Counted from the stretch's first letter, positions 17,580 to 28,134 are shown. The stretch is DNA of 44,217 nt from Alphaproteobacteria bacterium (GCA_017450905.1 JAFSST010000026.1:1-44217); one strand, 5' to 3'. Program-made: numbers and translations. The notes: a model not told the origin generated them from the sequence alone.

Positions 17580-18403
17580 AGTTTGTATCGGTCATCGTTT
17601 ATAACAACCACGGCCTTGCGGCGTAATTGTTTTAGTTGTTGGTCGGCAATAAACATCGCCTGTTTATATGTTGCGTTTTGTTTAATGATTTCGTCCAGTT
17701 TTCCATATCCCTTGGTCTTTTTGGTTTTGCATACCAATAACACCGAATCGTCCATGTGTTTTGACCATGTCAGTAACGGCAATCCTGCAACACGATTCCG
17801 AATGTCGGTGGCTAATTCGTATTCAACAGCACTGAATTTTTGTGGCACACCGCCCAATTTTTCCGCCATTTCAACCGCATCATCGCAACTTTTGGGTTTA
17901 GTTAATTTTTTGGCGACACTTTCCGGAATATCAATCAAACGAACCAATGTCATTTCAATTGGCAAACCATGTTCGCGTTCCAATAAAATTTTTTCATTTG
18001 AAATATCTTCGTCTGATATGTTTATTGTCGGCATAATTGTTCGTGCAACAATAACCTGCCACGCCATATTTGCACGCGTTGCAGACAGTGCCATTGCACG
18101 TTCAGATGCGGATAAATCCCCCAGTTTCATACGTTTTAATTCGGATTCTGCATCCTTGTCAGACGGCGAAACGTTGAAATTTGCGGCATAATTGAGTTTT
18201 ACATAATCATCAATAATGTTTTGTAATGCCTGGCGGCGATTGTCAGTTGATGTTTTGCCCTGGCGTGTCATAAGTTTTGTTCGTGCGGTTATGTCGGTGT
18301 CAGTGATTGGTTTACCGCCGACCGTTGCAACCACTGTTGCGGCGTTTGCAACGTTCATAAACGATGCAAAAAGTATTGTTGATAATAATAAACACTTTTT
18401 CAT
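17576..18403 (-). CDS. SurA-like periplasmic chaperone (SurA N-terminal domain protein, no obvious active parvulin domain)
   Basis: It has a signal peptide (ASFMNVANA) and ATVGGKPITDTDI...RQALQNIIDDYVKLNYA typical of the SurA N-domain. Its position immediately downstream of lptD matches the conserved lptD-surA arrangement. Confidence 0.7.
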   Translation of the reverse strand: MKKCLLLSTILFASFMNVANAATVVATVGGKPITDTDITARTKLMTRQGKTSTDNRRQALQNIIDDYVKLNYAANFNVSPSDKDAESELKRMKLGDLSASERAMALSATRANMAWQVIVARTIMPTINISDEDISNEKILLEREHGLPIEMTLVRLIDIPESVAKKLTKPKSCDDAVEMAEKLGGVPQKFSAVEYELATDIRNRVAGLPLLTWSKHMDDSVLLVCKTKKTKGYGKLDEIIKQNATYKQAMFIADQQLKQLRRKAVVVINDDRYKL

Positions 18404-18412
18404 TTTTCCCCC

Positions 18413-20425
18413 TTAATAATGTTGTCCGTCAACGCTTATGCCAAAACGGAATTGGAAGGTCGTTGTTCCGACATAATCTTCCTTTACGGTGTTATCGCGT
18501 TTATACCCAAAACTAAGATAATAACACGGGTGTTCATAATATAACGCACCATTGTGTTGTTGGAATTGTTCCGCTGTCATATTATAAATAGCGTTCATTC
18601 GTAAAGACCACCGGTCTGTCAGTGCCAATCCGATACCACCCATAATTTCGTTTATATAGTTGTCGGATGTGCCGACCTCGACAAATTGACGCGACCATAT
18701 ATGTCCCATATTAAAGAAATTTTTTGGTGAACCAATAACCATATTTGTTTCTATATGACGCAATTCCAGGTCTTGTTGATTAAATCTGAAACGGCTGTAA
18801 ACATTTAACCATTTGGTATTGTTATACCCAACGCGTCCGACATAATCCGATTGCCCATTATGAAATCCGCTGTTGGGGTCAGTGTTTTTTTGATTTGTAA
18901 AATCGTATGTTTGTCCTAAAAAGGCCTCGATTGTTTTCCCGCTGGGGTCAAACGCACTCCAACGCACACCATAATCTGCAAAAGTCCCATTTTCCCATAA
19001 ATCCAGCCCAGAAAAACGATTGTTTGAAAACAGTGTTGCATCTGACAGTAACGCACCGGCCGAATCATTATCTTCGGCGAATTGACTGTGTTTTGTATGT
19101 CGCATAATGGTAAGTCTGGCACGTGGTTCTAATACCTGGGTCCATGTTGTGCTGGGGCGAAACAGTGGCAACCCCCATTCCAGATATCCGTTTGGTAAAA
19201 ATCTGTTTTTTAATCCTGAATACTTTTCACCATCAATCATTGTGATGTCGTTAAAATTGTATATGTCATATCGTGTTGCCAAACTTGCGGTTATTCTGTT
19301 TCCGCCCCATAATGTCCATGGTGAAACGATTCTGGCTTCGCCAATCATACGTTGGGACGATTGGTTGTCGCCCGCGATACCCAATATGTCGCCCATAAAT
19401 GTTGCATAAGTTTCCGAAAACAACGGTGATGTTTGGTAAACACCGCGAATGTTTGGTAATATGTTGCCGTCCGGCACAGAATATCTGGTTGAATACTGGC
19501 GAAGTTCTTGGAATACGTGTGCATCAGCGAATATATATGACGATTGACCGAAAAATTCTAACGATGCCCCAGAATCCAAATAAGGTTGGCTGTTATAAAA
19601 ACCATATTTTTGCATATAGGTTTTGTCGGACGCGCGTTCCAAAAATATCGTTGCACGGGCATTTTGCCCAAGGTCGATAATATCATTATTGAATATGTGC
19701 CAACGGTTTTCGCCTTCTTTGTTATGGGTAAAAGACCCATGTGTCCGAAATTCAGAATGAGATGCGTTTAACCGATGTTCAAATTGAAACAATGGGTTTT
19801 CACGGGTCAAATATGAAAACGTAACCGTTGCATCGTGCGTATCAGACAAATACAAATAAAACGGTATGTTTATCTGGGTTCCCATTTTGTTAGTAGATTC
19901 CAAACTGGGGGATAAAAATCCGGTTTTGTGCTTTACACCAGGGTCCGGCATATCAAAATAAGGCAACCAAAGCACGGGAATATCGTATATCCAAAAAACC
20001 GAGTTATAAAATGCCAACATACGGGATTCCATATCGTGTTTAATTTTTTTTGCGGACAATCCCCACACTTCACCCTGTTCATCACAATTTTTACATGCCG
20101 TAAATGTTGCATCGCGTGCAATTGTTATGTCATTATCGCGTGAAATGTTTTCTGATTTAACATAAACGTGTGGTCCCAACCACAGTTCGATATCGTTTCC
20201 AGATAAATCGGCACCATTTTTGTTTAGATAAGAATCAGTCAGTGTCATTTTTTGACCTGATTGATTCGATATTTCCGTTTTTCCGGTTGTTTTAATACTC
20301 TCGGATTTCAAGTCATATTCGATTTTGTCGGCCTTGATAGTTACAGGTTCGTCCGCATTGACGGCCAACGCAAATGCCGACAATGGCATAAACATTAACA
20401 TTAAAAATGCACAGATTTTCATCAT
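18413..20425 (-). CDS. lptD: LPS-assembly outer membrane protein LptD
   Basis: Signal peptide, an OstA-like N-domain (PVTIKADKIEYDLKSESIKTTGKTEI), a large beta-barrel rich in aromatic-x-aromatic strands, and the conserved context with lptF/G and surA. Confidence 0.9.
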   Translation of the reverse strand: MMKICAFLMLMFMPLSAFALAVNADEPVTIKADKIEYDLKSESIKTTGKTEISNQSGQKMTLTDSYLNKNGADLSGNDIELWLGPHVYVKSENISRDNDITIARDATFTACKNCDEQGEVWGLSAKKIKHDMESRMLAFYNSVFWIYDIPVLWLPYFDMPDPGVKHKTGFLSPSLESTNKMGTQINIPFYLYLSDTHDATVTFSYLTRENPLFQFEHRLNASHSEFRTHGSFTHNKEGENRWHIFNNDIIDLGQNARATIFLERASDKTYMQKYGFYNSQPYLDSGASLEFFGQSSYIFADAHVFQELRQYSTRYSVPDGNILPNIRGVYQTSPLFSETYATFMGDILGIAGDNQSSQRMIGEARIVSPWTLWGGNRITASLATRYDIYNFNDITMIDGEKYSGLKNRFLPNGYLEWGLPLFRPSTTWTQVLEPRARLTIMRHTKHSQFAEDNDSAGALLSDATLFSNNRFSGLDLWENGTFADYGVRWSAFDPSGKTIEAFLGQTYDFTNQKNTDPNSGFHNGQSDYVGRVGYNNTKWLNVYSRFRFNQQDLELRHIETNMVIGSPKNFFNMGHIWSRQFVEVGTSDNYINEIMGGIGLALTDRWSLRMNAIYNMTAEQFQQHNGALYYEHPCYYLSFGYKRDNTVKEDYVGTTTFQFRFGISVDGQHY

Positions 20426-21480
20426 TTTTTGAACAACGCGAACATTATTACGGTTAACAGAACAATCTGCCCCGCAAACAGCAACAGCAAATCAGTCCCG
20501 TTTGATAACATATTGGACAATGACATAAATACCGACATTACCACAGACATACATATAACCGCGGCAACCGGGGCAAAACTTGTGCGGCGGCGTAACAACG
20601 ATGAACGCAATAACACAACCAGGCACAATGCCGCCAAAACCAGATTCATAATTGGCCCCAGAAAACGATTGTATAATTCCGCCGTGATAGATTTTCGTTG
20701 CTTTGCCGTTATATCACCACGCAAAGATTTCAACAGCGAATGTGTGGACATACGGCGAACACGCGAAGAAACCCCAGATTTTTTTTCATTTAAACTTAAA
20801 TCCATATCAAACGTATCGAACGTGCCGTTAATGTTGCCGTTGCCAGTTATGTTTAACGAGCCATTTGTCATAACAATTGACAGTCCGCGAACAGTTGACA
20901 CCAATTGACCTTCTTCGGCAAAAATAACGATTTGGGATTTTGTGTCGCGTGTGTCTGATAACATAACTTGTTTCAAATTATGTCCGGCAACCTTGTCAAC
21001 ATAAACAACCAATCCGTGGGACATTTCGGTAAAGGCGGCCTCTTGCAGTTTAAGGTGGGCGAGTCCATAACGCAAATTCCATTGGGTATCATAAAACTTT
21101 GATTGTGTTGCCGGGACAATCCAAACGTTCAAAATCAAGTGCAACAGTGTTAAAATCCCGGCTAAAATCAACCCAGGGCGTGCAATTTGACCCGGTGAAT
21201 AACCAGATGCCGATATAACAACAATCTCGTTATCAGATATTAATTTATTATAAACAAACAGAACAGAAATAAACGTTACAAACGGGATTATAATGGAAAT
21301 AATCAGTGGTATCATCATCATCGTCATCCCAAGGAAACTGGTCATTTTGATACCATAATTCATCAGAAATTTCATCATAGACATAATTTGAACCATCCAT
21401 GATAATCCGGCAAGAATTATCAATAACATGGCAAATATGCCCAATAACTGTTTGAAAAAATATCTGTCTATTATATTCAT
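20422..21480 (-). CDS. LPS export ABC transporter permease, LptF/LptG (YjgP/YjgQ) family
   Basis: MNIIDRYFFKQLLG is the canonical family N-terminus. It has 6 TMs with a periplasmic beta-jellyroll insert, and the stop overlaps the lptD start. Start set at ATG 21480; the ORF-track 21516 adds 12 unlikely residues. Confidence 0.87.
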   Translation of the reverse strand: MNIIDRYFFKQLLGIFAMLLIILAGLSWMVQIMSMMKFLMNYGIKMTSFLGMTMMMIPLIISIIIPFVTFISVLFVYNKLISDNEIVVISASGYSPGQIARPGLILAGILTLLHLILNVWIVPATQSKFYDTQWNLRYGLAHLKLQEAAFTEMSHGLVVYVDKVAGHNLKQVMLSDTRDTKSQIVIFAEEGQLVSTVRGLSIVMTNGSLNITGNGNINGTFDTFDMDLSLNEKKSGVSSRVRRMSTHSLLKSLRGDITAKQRKSITAELYNRFLGPIMNLVLAALCLVVLLRSSLLRRRTSFAPVAAVICMSVVMSVFMSLSNMLSNGTDLLLLFAGQIVLLTVIMFALFKK

Positions 21481-21604
21481 TGATTGCAGTATAGAGCCGA
21501 AAAGCCCGACCGTCAAATATATTTCAATAAAAATAGTAAAAAACGTTTGCTTTTTTGCGATTCGGTGTTAGAATTAACCTGTTCTTAGAAGTTAAATTTT
21601 AGGG

Positions 21605-21624
21605 GCGGGTTCAAAAGAACCCGC
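21605..21624 (+). promoter_or_regulatory. Perfect 8-bp hairpin in the nusA leader
   Basis: GCGGGTTC-AAAA-GAACCCGC, 43 nt upstream of the nusA ATG. No clean U-tract follows it. Confidence 0.35.
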
Positions 21625-21666
21625 TCTCTTAATAAAAGACGTCAAATAAACCAAGGAGAAAAACAA

Positions 21667-23205
21667 ATGTCTTTTGTTTCTATGCCTCGTCAAGATTTGC
21701 TGTTGGCCATTGATTCATTGGCCGCGGAAAAGCAAATTGATCGCGAAACTGTTATTGAATCGTTGGAAATCGCCATTGCAAAAATTGCTAAACACAAATA
21801 TGGCGAAGAATTCAACATTGTGGCAAACATTGACCGTAAAAACGGTGCAATTTATGTAAAGCGTTTGTTTGATGTCATTGAATCACCTGAATCTGTTGGT
21901 GAAGAATATAATCCAAACACAATGTTAACCATCGAAGAAGCGAAAAAATATACAAAAAATCCATCGGTTGGTGATGTTGTCGAAGATTCTTTGCCGGAAC
22001 CAGAATTTGGTCGTATGGCGTTCCAGACGGCTCGTCAGATTATGACTGCACGCGTTCGTGATGCCGAAAAAGGTCGTCAATACGAAGAATTCAAAGATAA
22101 CATTGGTGATATTGTCAGTGGTGTTGTTAAACGTATCGAATTTGGTAACGTTTTTGTTGATATTAACGGCAAAGCCGAAGGTTATATTAAAAATACTGAA
22201 TTAATTCCGGGTGAACGTTTGGCGGTTGGTGATCGTGTTCGTGCATTGATTATGGATGTTACACGTTCTAATTCTGGGCCACAAATTTTCCTGACACGAA
22301 CACATCCGATGTTTATGGAAAAACTGTTCGTCCAAGAAGTGCCGGAAATTTATGAAGGTGTTATCAAAATTAAATCTGTATCCCGTGCACCTGGGTCGCA
22401 TGCAAAAATCGCGGTTGAAACCGCAGACCCGTCAATTGATGCCGTTGGTATGACAGTTGGTATCAAGGGAACACGTATTCAACCGGTCATCAATGAATGT
22501 CATGGCGAAAAAATCGATGTCATTTTGTATTCCGAAGATCCTGCGGTGTTCATTGTTAATGCAATGCAGCCGGCCAAGGTGGCAAAAATAATCGTTGATG
22601 AAGACACACGCAGTGCGGTTGTTGTTGTGAACGAAGACCAACAATCACTTGCGATTGGTCGCCGTGGTCAAAATGTGCGTTTGGCATCTCAATTAACCGG
22701 GTGGAACATTGATGTCGTTAACGAAGCCGAAGAACAAGAACGCCGGACCAAGGAAGTCAAGGAAAAGACCGAACTGTTTATCGCCGGTTTGGACGTTGAT
22801 GAAATGATTGCACATCTGTTGGTTTCCGAAGGTTTCAGAACAATCGAAGAAATTGCCTTTGTTGAATTGAAGGAATTGGAATCAATCGAAGGCTTTAATA
22901 CCGAATTGGCGGTTGAATTGCAAAATCGTGCCAAGGCTTATTTGGAAAAAATCGAACGCGACTATTTTGACGAAGGTCATAAATTGGGTATGACCGATGA
23001 TTTGTTGAAATTCGATTTTATCAAACGTCCAATCATTATGAAATTGGGTCAGGCTGGTATTAAATCTTTGTCTGATTTGGCGGATTTGGCATCAGATGAA
23101 TTAGTGGAAATTTTGGGCGAAGATACGATGAGTTCACGTTTGGCTGGTCGCGTTATTATGAAGGCTCGTGAAATTGCATTCGGTATAACCCAAGGCGAAG
23201 AATAA
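21667..23205 (+). CDS. nusA: Transcription termination/antitermination factor NusA (with C-terminal AR repeats)
   Basis: The N-terminal domain is followed by S1 (GDIVSGVVKRIEFGNVFVDI), KH1/KH2 (GIKGTRIQPV, AIGRRGQNVRLASQLTGW) and two HhH acidic repeats. SD AAGGAG. Confidence 0.97.
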   Translation: MSFVSMPRQDLLLAIDSLAAEKQIDRETVIESLEIAIAKIAKHKYGEEFNIVANIDRKNGAIYVKRLFDVIESPESVGEEYNPNTMLTIEEAKKYTKNPSVGDVVEDSLPEPEFGRMAFQTARQIMTARVRDAEKGRQYEEFKDNIGDIVSGVVKRIEFGNVFVDINGKAEGYIKNTELIPGERLAVGDRVRALIMDVTRSNSGPQIFLTRTHPMFMEKLFVQEVPEIYEGVIKIKSVSRAPGSHAKIAVETADPSIDAVGMTVGIKGTRIQPVINECHGEKIDVILYSEDPAVFIVNAMQPAKVAKIIVDEDTRSAVVVVNEDQQSLAIGRRGQNVRLASQLTGWNIDVVNEAEEQERRTKEVKEKTELFIAGLDVDEMIAHLLVSEGFRTIEEIAFVELKELESIEGFNTELAVELQNRAKAYLEKIERDYFDEGHKLGMTDDLLKFDFIKRPIIMKLGQAGIKSLSDLADLASDELVEILGEDTMSSRLAGRVIMKAREIAFGITQGEE

Positions 23206-23236
23206 ACAAAAAAAACAAGGAACCAGAGGTTAAAAT

Positions 23237-25636
23237 ATGGCAACATTAACGCTTGGAAAATCTGTAACTTTGGATGCGGTGCAAAGCAAAAAGGGTGATT
23301 CTGTTTTTGTAGAACGCCGCCGCCGTGTCGTTGCACCCGGCAGTAACGAATTGCGTGACGAACCTGTGGTTCCTGTGACCCCACGTAACGCCGCGGACGA
23401 AAAGTTGCGTGCCGTGTTAGAGGCCGCACACGCCCGCGAAGAAGAACGCAAAAAACGTGAAGCCGAAGAAGCCGCCGCCCGTGCCGCACGTGAAGCCGAA
23501 ATCGCACGTGAATCACGTGAATATGAACAAGTCAAAGAACAATTGGCGGCACGTGAAAACGCGACACAATCTGTTGAAGAATTTGTCGAACCGGTTGCAC
23601 CTGTGAAACAAAACACTCAACAAAAGAAATCAAACCCGCGTCATAACGATAATTTGGATAATGTGGATGATGTTCAAAATAATGGAAAACGCAATTCTAA
23701 ATTTTCCGGTCAAAAGAAAGATTTTAACAAGACAGGAAAAATATCTTTACAGGATATCGTTATTGGTGGTGATGATGACGATGATGATGAAATCAGATTG
23801 CGTGGTGCAAATCGCCGCAGATCCGAAGCATCGTTAAAACGTTTCCGCGAAAAGGCTCGTGCCATGTTCAATGCACCACAAAAGGTCGCACACGAGGTTG
23901 TTCTGGGCGATACAATCGTTGTCAAAGATTTGGCGGCCGCAATGGCGGAAAAGGTCGGCAACGTTATTAAAAAATTGATGGAAATGGGAATGATGGTTTC
24001 GCAAAACCAATCGATTGATGCGGATACTGCTGAATTGATTGCCGGTGAATTTGGTGCAACCGTCAAACGTGTCGAGGTTAAACCTTTTGCAGACCAATTG
24101 GAACGCGAACCGAATGCTGAAAATTTAAAGCCTCGTGCACCAATCGTTACGGTTGTGGGACACGTTGACCATGGTAAAACATCACTGTTGGACGCGTTTC
24201 GTAATGCAAATGTTGTCGCAGGCGAAGCCGGTGGTATTACCCAGCATATTTCTTCATACGAAGTAAAAACAAAATCTGGGGCGATAATTACTTTCTTGGA
24301 TACACCGGGACACGAAACATTTACTGCGATGCGTGCACGTGGTGCCCAGATGGCGGATATCGTTGTTTTGGTTGTTGCGGCAAACGATTCGATTATGCCA
24401 CAAACAATCGAAGCGATAAATCATATTCGTGCCGCCAAGGTGCCTTTTATTGTTGCAATTAACAAAATTGATTTACCCGAAGCAAACCCGACACGCGTTA
24501 AAACCGATTTGTTACAGCAAGAAGTCCAAGTCGAAGAAATGGGCGGCGATGTTCAATGCGTTGAAATATCTGCAACAAAAAAGATTGGTTTGGATAAATT
24601 AGAAGAGGCTATTTTATTACAGGCCGAAATGATAGATTTGCGTGCAGATCCTGATATGCCGGCGGTTGCAACAGTTGTCGAAGCCAAAATGGAAAAAGGT
24701 TTGGGTGCGGTTGCAACGGTTATAATCCGCCAGGGAACATTAAAGATAGGCGATGTGTTTGTTGTTGGTGAAACATTTGGTCGTGTTCGTGGTTTGATAA
24801 CATCAAACGGTGAACGCGTAAAAATGGTTAAACCTGCCCAACCTGTTATGGTGTTGGGATTGGATTCTGTGCCGGCGGCGGGGGACCAGTTAAATGTTAT
24901 GGAAACCGAGGCACAATGTCGCGAAGTTGCATCGTGGCGAATCCAAAAAGCCAAAGACAAGGCGAATGCGATAAAACGTTCTTCATTAGAAGAATTGTTC
25001 GCAAAGCAAACAGGCGATAAAAAATTAACATTGCCAATTGTTTTGCGTGCCGATGTTCAGGGCAGTGTCGAAGCCATCACAGATATGTTGCGTGGCATAA
25101 AAACAGACAAGGCTGCGGTTGAAATTTTGTCGGCCGGTGTTGGTCAAATCACCGAAGGCGACATTCGTTTGGCAACGGCATCGGGTGCGGTTGTGATTGC
25201 ATTTAATGTTCGTGCCGATGCGGCGGTTCGTGATATGGCACGTGCGGGTGGTGTTGATATTCGTTACCACAGTGTTGTTTACCGTATTACCGATGAAATC
25301 AAGGAAATCTTGTCCGGTAAATTGGCACCTGAACGCAAAGAAAACTTTATCGGTTACGCCGATGTTATCGCACTGTTTACGGTTGGCAAGGGCGTTCGTG
25401 TTGCCGGTTGCCGTTTGACCGAAGGTGTGATAAAGAAAGATGCCTTTGTTCGTTTGTTGCGTAACAATGTTGTTATTTATGACGGCAAAATTGGCGAATT
25501 ACGCCGTGAAAAGAACGAGGTCAAAGAAGTTTCTGGGGGGGTAGAATTTGGTATGAGTTTTGACAAGTACAATGACTTGAAAGAAGGCGATCGTGTCGAA
25601 TGCTACGAGGTCCAGGAAATAAAAGCAGAATTGTAA
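23237..25636 (+). CDS. infB: Translation initiation factor IF-2
   Basis: Charged Ala/Glu/Arg-rich N-region, G-domain ([26 protein letters not shown]) and C-terminal domains ([10 protein letters not shown]...). Confidence 0.97.
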   Translation: MATLTLGKSVTLDAVQSKKGDSVFVERRRRVVAPGSNELRDEPVVPVTPRNAADEKLRAVLEAAHAREEERKKREAEEAAARAAREAEIARESREYEQVKEQLAARENATQSVEEFVEPVAPVKQNTQQKKSNPRHNDNLDNVDDVQNNGKRNSKFSGQKKDFNKTGKISLQDIVIGGDDDDDDEIRLRGANRRRSEASLKRFREKARAMFNAPQKVAHEVVLGDTIVVKDLAAAMAEKVGNVIKKLMEMGMMVSQNQSIDADTAELIAGEFGATVKRVEVKPFADQLEREPNAENLKPRAPIVTVVGHVDHGKTSLLDAFRNANVVAGEAGGITQHISSYEVKTKSGAIITFLDTPGHETFTAMRARGAQMADIVVLVVAANDSIMPQTIEAINHIRAAKVPFIVAINKIDLPEANPTRVKTDLLQQEVQVEEMGGDVQCVEISATKKIGLDKLEEAILLQAEMIDLRADPDMPAVATVVEAKMEKGLGAVATVIIRQGTLKIGDVFVVGETFGRVRGLITSNGERVKMVKPAQPVMVLGLDSVPAAGDQLNVMETEAQCREVASWRIQKAKDKANAIKRSSLEELFAKQTGDKKLTLPIVLRADVQGSVEAITDMLRGIKTDKAAVEILSAGVGQITEGDIRLATASGAVVIAFNVRADAAVRDMARAGGVDIRYHSVVYRITDEIKEILSGKLAPERKENFIGYADVIALFTVGKGVRVAGCRLTEGVIKKDAFVRLLRNNVVIYDGKIGELRREKNEVKEVSGGVEFGMSFDKYNDLKEGDRVECYEVQEIKAEL

Positions 25637-25650
25637 ATTATATGTTAAAA

Positions 25651-25672
25651 AATGGGGCGTTTGCCCCATTTT
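25651..25672. terminator. Bidirectional terminator between infB and the convergent ORFan
   Basis: AATGGGGC-GTTT-GCCCCATT with an A-run upstream and a T-run downstream. Confidence 0.8.
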
Positions 25673-26068
25673 CTATTTAAGTTTCGGATTTAATACGGTT
25701 TGTAAATAATTCACAAATTCATCAGATTTGTTTATAACATTGTTCAGAAATACGCGATTATATGCCGTTTTATAAATATCTGATAAATCATCCTGGGATA
25801 ACGCATCACACCGTTTGCCATTGATTTTCAATTCAAACCCCCATGCCCCAGAAACAGGGTGAATATAGCAGAATATATCAAAACCATTTTTCTTGCGGTC
25901 AGATACATTGATATGCACAGGCATCAAAGAAACATTTTTTAATGGCAAATAATCAAAATTTTTGTGGTCTATGGTTTGGGTTTTCATAATTTTTGCCCTG
26001 AAAGACTGTTTCATCAATATGGCTATTAACATACTTTTAATTTTCAATGCATTTTGTTTTTTATTCAT
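25673..26068 (-). CDS. Hypothetical protein (131 aa)
   Basis: SD AAGGGG lies 6 nt upstream of the ATG. No recognised domain and only a weakly hydrophobic N-terminus. Confidence 0.5.
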   Translation of the reverse strand: MNKKQNALKIKSMLIAILMKQSFRAKIMKTQTIDHKNFDYLPLKNVSLMPVHINVSDRKKNGFDIFCYIHPVSGAWGFELKINGKRCDALSQDDLSDIYKTAYNRVFLNNVINKSDEFVNYLQTVLNPKLK

Positions 26069-26098
26069 ATTTAACCCCTTTTGGTATTAGAAATTATA

Positions 26099-27433
26099 TT
26101 AATCAAACGGATTCTCGGATTTAGTGTATTCAATGGTTACCGGCAAATGTTCCCACTTTAATGCCGTTGCCAATCCACGCCGCAAGTATCGTGTATAAGA
26201 TTCAGGTATATCCGATGCACCACCAACATTAATCGTAATCTTCATTGGATGACGACCGGTTTGTGATGCAAATTTTATTTTCATTGGGCGTTTCAACCGT
26301 GACATAGGCGGTTGACGGCGTTCGACCAATTCACCAACTATTTTGTTGATTAAACTGGTTGGGGCGGTTGCGGTTGAAATGTCCCACTGTTCATAAATGC
26401 GTTTGAACAGGTTTTGGACACCGGTTCCTTTCTGGGCCGAAATTGCCAAAATCAAAGGTTTTATAATTTGATGAAATGAATTTGAAAAACGATGCTTTAA
26501 TCGTAACAATTTTTCATCGCGTTCAAATTCAGGAATTAAATCCCATTTGTTTAACGCAACACATAAAATTTTCCCCGCATCATATACGCGTGCCGCAATA
26601 CCCAATGCCTGGTTTTCAATGTCGCGTGTGGCATCTACAACCAAAATCACAACATCAGATTTTTCAATCGCATCCAATGATTTTAGTGCGGACAGTGTTT
26701 CGACATCATCCCGAACGTTTGCCTTGCGGCGTAATCCCGCGGTGTCCATCAGTATAATGTTTCGACCATAAAATTTGGTTGGTATTTTGACCGTATCGCG
26801 TGTTACGCCCGGTTCGTCTTTTACGATTTGACGATTTTCGCCCAGCACCTTGTTCACAAAGGTCGATTTGCCAACATTCGGTTGACCCAAAACAGCGATT
26901 TTTATACGTTTGTCATCCGAATTTAATGTTGTGGGTGATTCATCGCTTGGCTTGATTTTTTCCAAAAATTTAAAAACAGAATCAAACCCTGATTTGTGTT
27001 CGGCGGAAATCAACACCGGTTCACCAAACCCCAATTTATAGAAATCATGTGTGTCCGCCATACGCCGCGAAGATTCCGATTTATTAACCAACAACAAAAC
27101 AGGTGCGTGCGTTTTACGCCGAACCAATCTTGCCCACTCGATATCTTCTGGAATCAAACCGACACGACCATCGACAACAAACAAAATCGCATCCGCCCCC
27201 GAAATAGCGTCCATTGCCATATTAGTTGATGCGGCGGCGATGCCATCACGTTCGTTTTCCAATCCGGCGGTGTCGCGTATCTGGTATTCCGGATGCCCGG
27301 CAATCGTGCCGTATATTGTGTCGCGTGTAACACCCGGTCGGTCGTGGACCAATGCGTCACGTGTCCCCGTCAGACCGTTAAATAATGTTGATTTTCCGGT
27401 ATTTGGCCGGCCAGCAATAGTAATTTTTATCAT
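26099..27433 (-). CDS. der: Ribosome-biogenesis GTPase Der (EngA), two tandem G-domains plus KH-like domain
   Basis: Two sets of G motifs (GRPNTGKST / DTAG / NKSE and GQPNVGKST / DTAG / NKWD). Confidence 0.95.
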   Translation of the reverse strand: MIKITIAGRPNTGKSTLFNGLTGTRDALVHDRPGVTRDTIYGTIAGHPEYQIRDTAGLENERDGIAAASTNMAMDAISGADAILFVVDGRVGLIPEDIEWARLVRRKTHAPVLLLVNKSESSRRMADTHDFYKLGFGEPVLISAEHKSGFDSVFKFLEKIKPSDESPTTLNSDDKRIKIAVLGQPNVGKSTFVNKVLGENRQIVKDEPGVTRDTVKIPTKFYGRNIILMDTAGLRRKANVRDDVETLSALKSLDAIEKSDVVILVVDATRDIENQALGIAARVYDAGKILCVALNKWDLIPEFERDEKLLRLKHRFSNSFHQIIKPLILAISAQKGTGVQNLFKRIYEQWDISTATAPTSLINKIVGELVERRQPPMSRLKRPMKIKFASQTGRHPMKITINVGGASDIPESYTRYLRRGLATALKWEHLPVTIEYTKSENPFD

Positions 27434-27500
27434 ATTTTTTCCATTGATTTTTTGTAATTATAAAGCAAAAATATAAATAATCAAATCAGGAGATACGCCC

Positions 27501-28097
27501 ATGATGAAAAAAATAAAGAAATGGTACAAATCTGTTCGTGATGTGATTATGAACCCAAAACGCTTTTTTACAAAAATCGTTGCAGATGGCGATATGGAAG
27601 AATCTATGTTAAAGGCCTTTATCTACGGATTGATTGGCGGTGTTTTGGTTCTGGCAATGCGTTTAATTGGTGGGGCAACAATAACATTAGGGTCGGTTTT
27701 TTCGGCGTTCATAGTTGTTCCTGTGTTGGCGGTGGCGTTATTGTTTGTTGGCGGTGGGTTGATGATGTTGGTTTCCGAAATAACCGGTGGTGAACGCGAT
27801 TGGGAAATCGCAATCAAGGGATTGGCATCGATATTTTTTATCTATCCTGTTTTGTTGGTATTAAATGCGTTGGCGTTTAACTGTGCATCGCTGTGGGTAA
27901 TCAGTTTGATTGGCGACATTTACGTGTTATTCTTGTTTTATAACATTGCGTATTATTGTATGCACGGTCGCCGTATTGCGGTTATTCTTGTGGTTGGCAT
28001 ATTTGCACTGTTTATGTTGACGGTTTATTTGACCGACTATCATATCGGTTGGTTTTTGGTAAAAAACACTGGTGCCGCATTGTCGTGTCTGATATAG
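27501..28097 (+). CDS. Integral membrane protein, Yip1-domain-like (5 predicted TMs)
   Basis: The N-terminal MNPKRFFTKI motif, followed by multiple hydrophobic helices, resembles bacterial YIP1-family proteins. SD CAGGAG. Confidence 0.5.
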   Translation: MMKKIKKWYKSVRDVIMNPKRFFTKIVADGDMEESMLKAFIYGLIGGVLVLAMRLIGGATITLGSVFSAFIVVPVLAVALLFVGGGLMMLVSEITGGERDWEIAIKGLASIFFIYPVLLVLNALAFNCASLWVISLIGDIYVLFLFYNIAYYCMHGRRIAVILVVGIFALFMLTVYLTDYHIGWFLVKNTGAALSCLI

Positions 28098-28106
28098 GGG
28101 TTTGAT

Positions 28107-28134
28107 AAAAAACGCACCATTTGGTGCGTTTTTT
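28107..28134. terminator. Bidirectional terminator
   Basis: AAAAAACGCACCA-TT-TGGTGCGTTTTTT. Confidence 0.8.

Noticed and set aside
21601-21630. The hairpin upstream of nusA as a remnant tRNA T-arm (E. coli has metY here).
   Set aside because: The stem is 8 bp with a 4-nt AAAA loop, not a 5-bp stem with a 7-nt TTCRANY loop. No acceptor, D or anticodon arms can be drawn from the flanking sequence.
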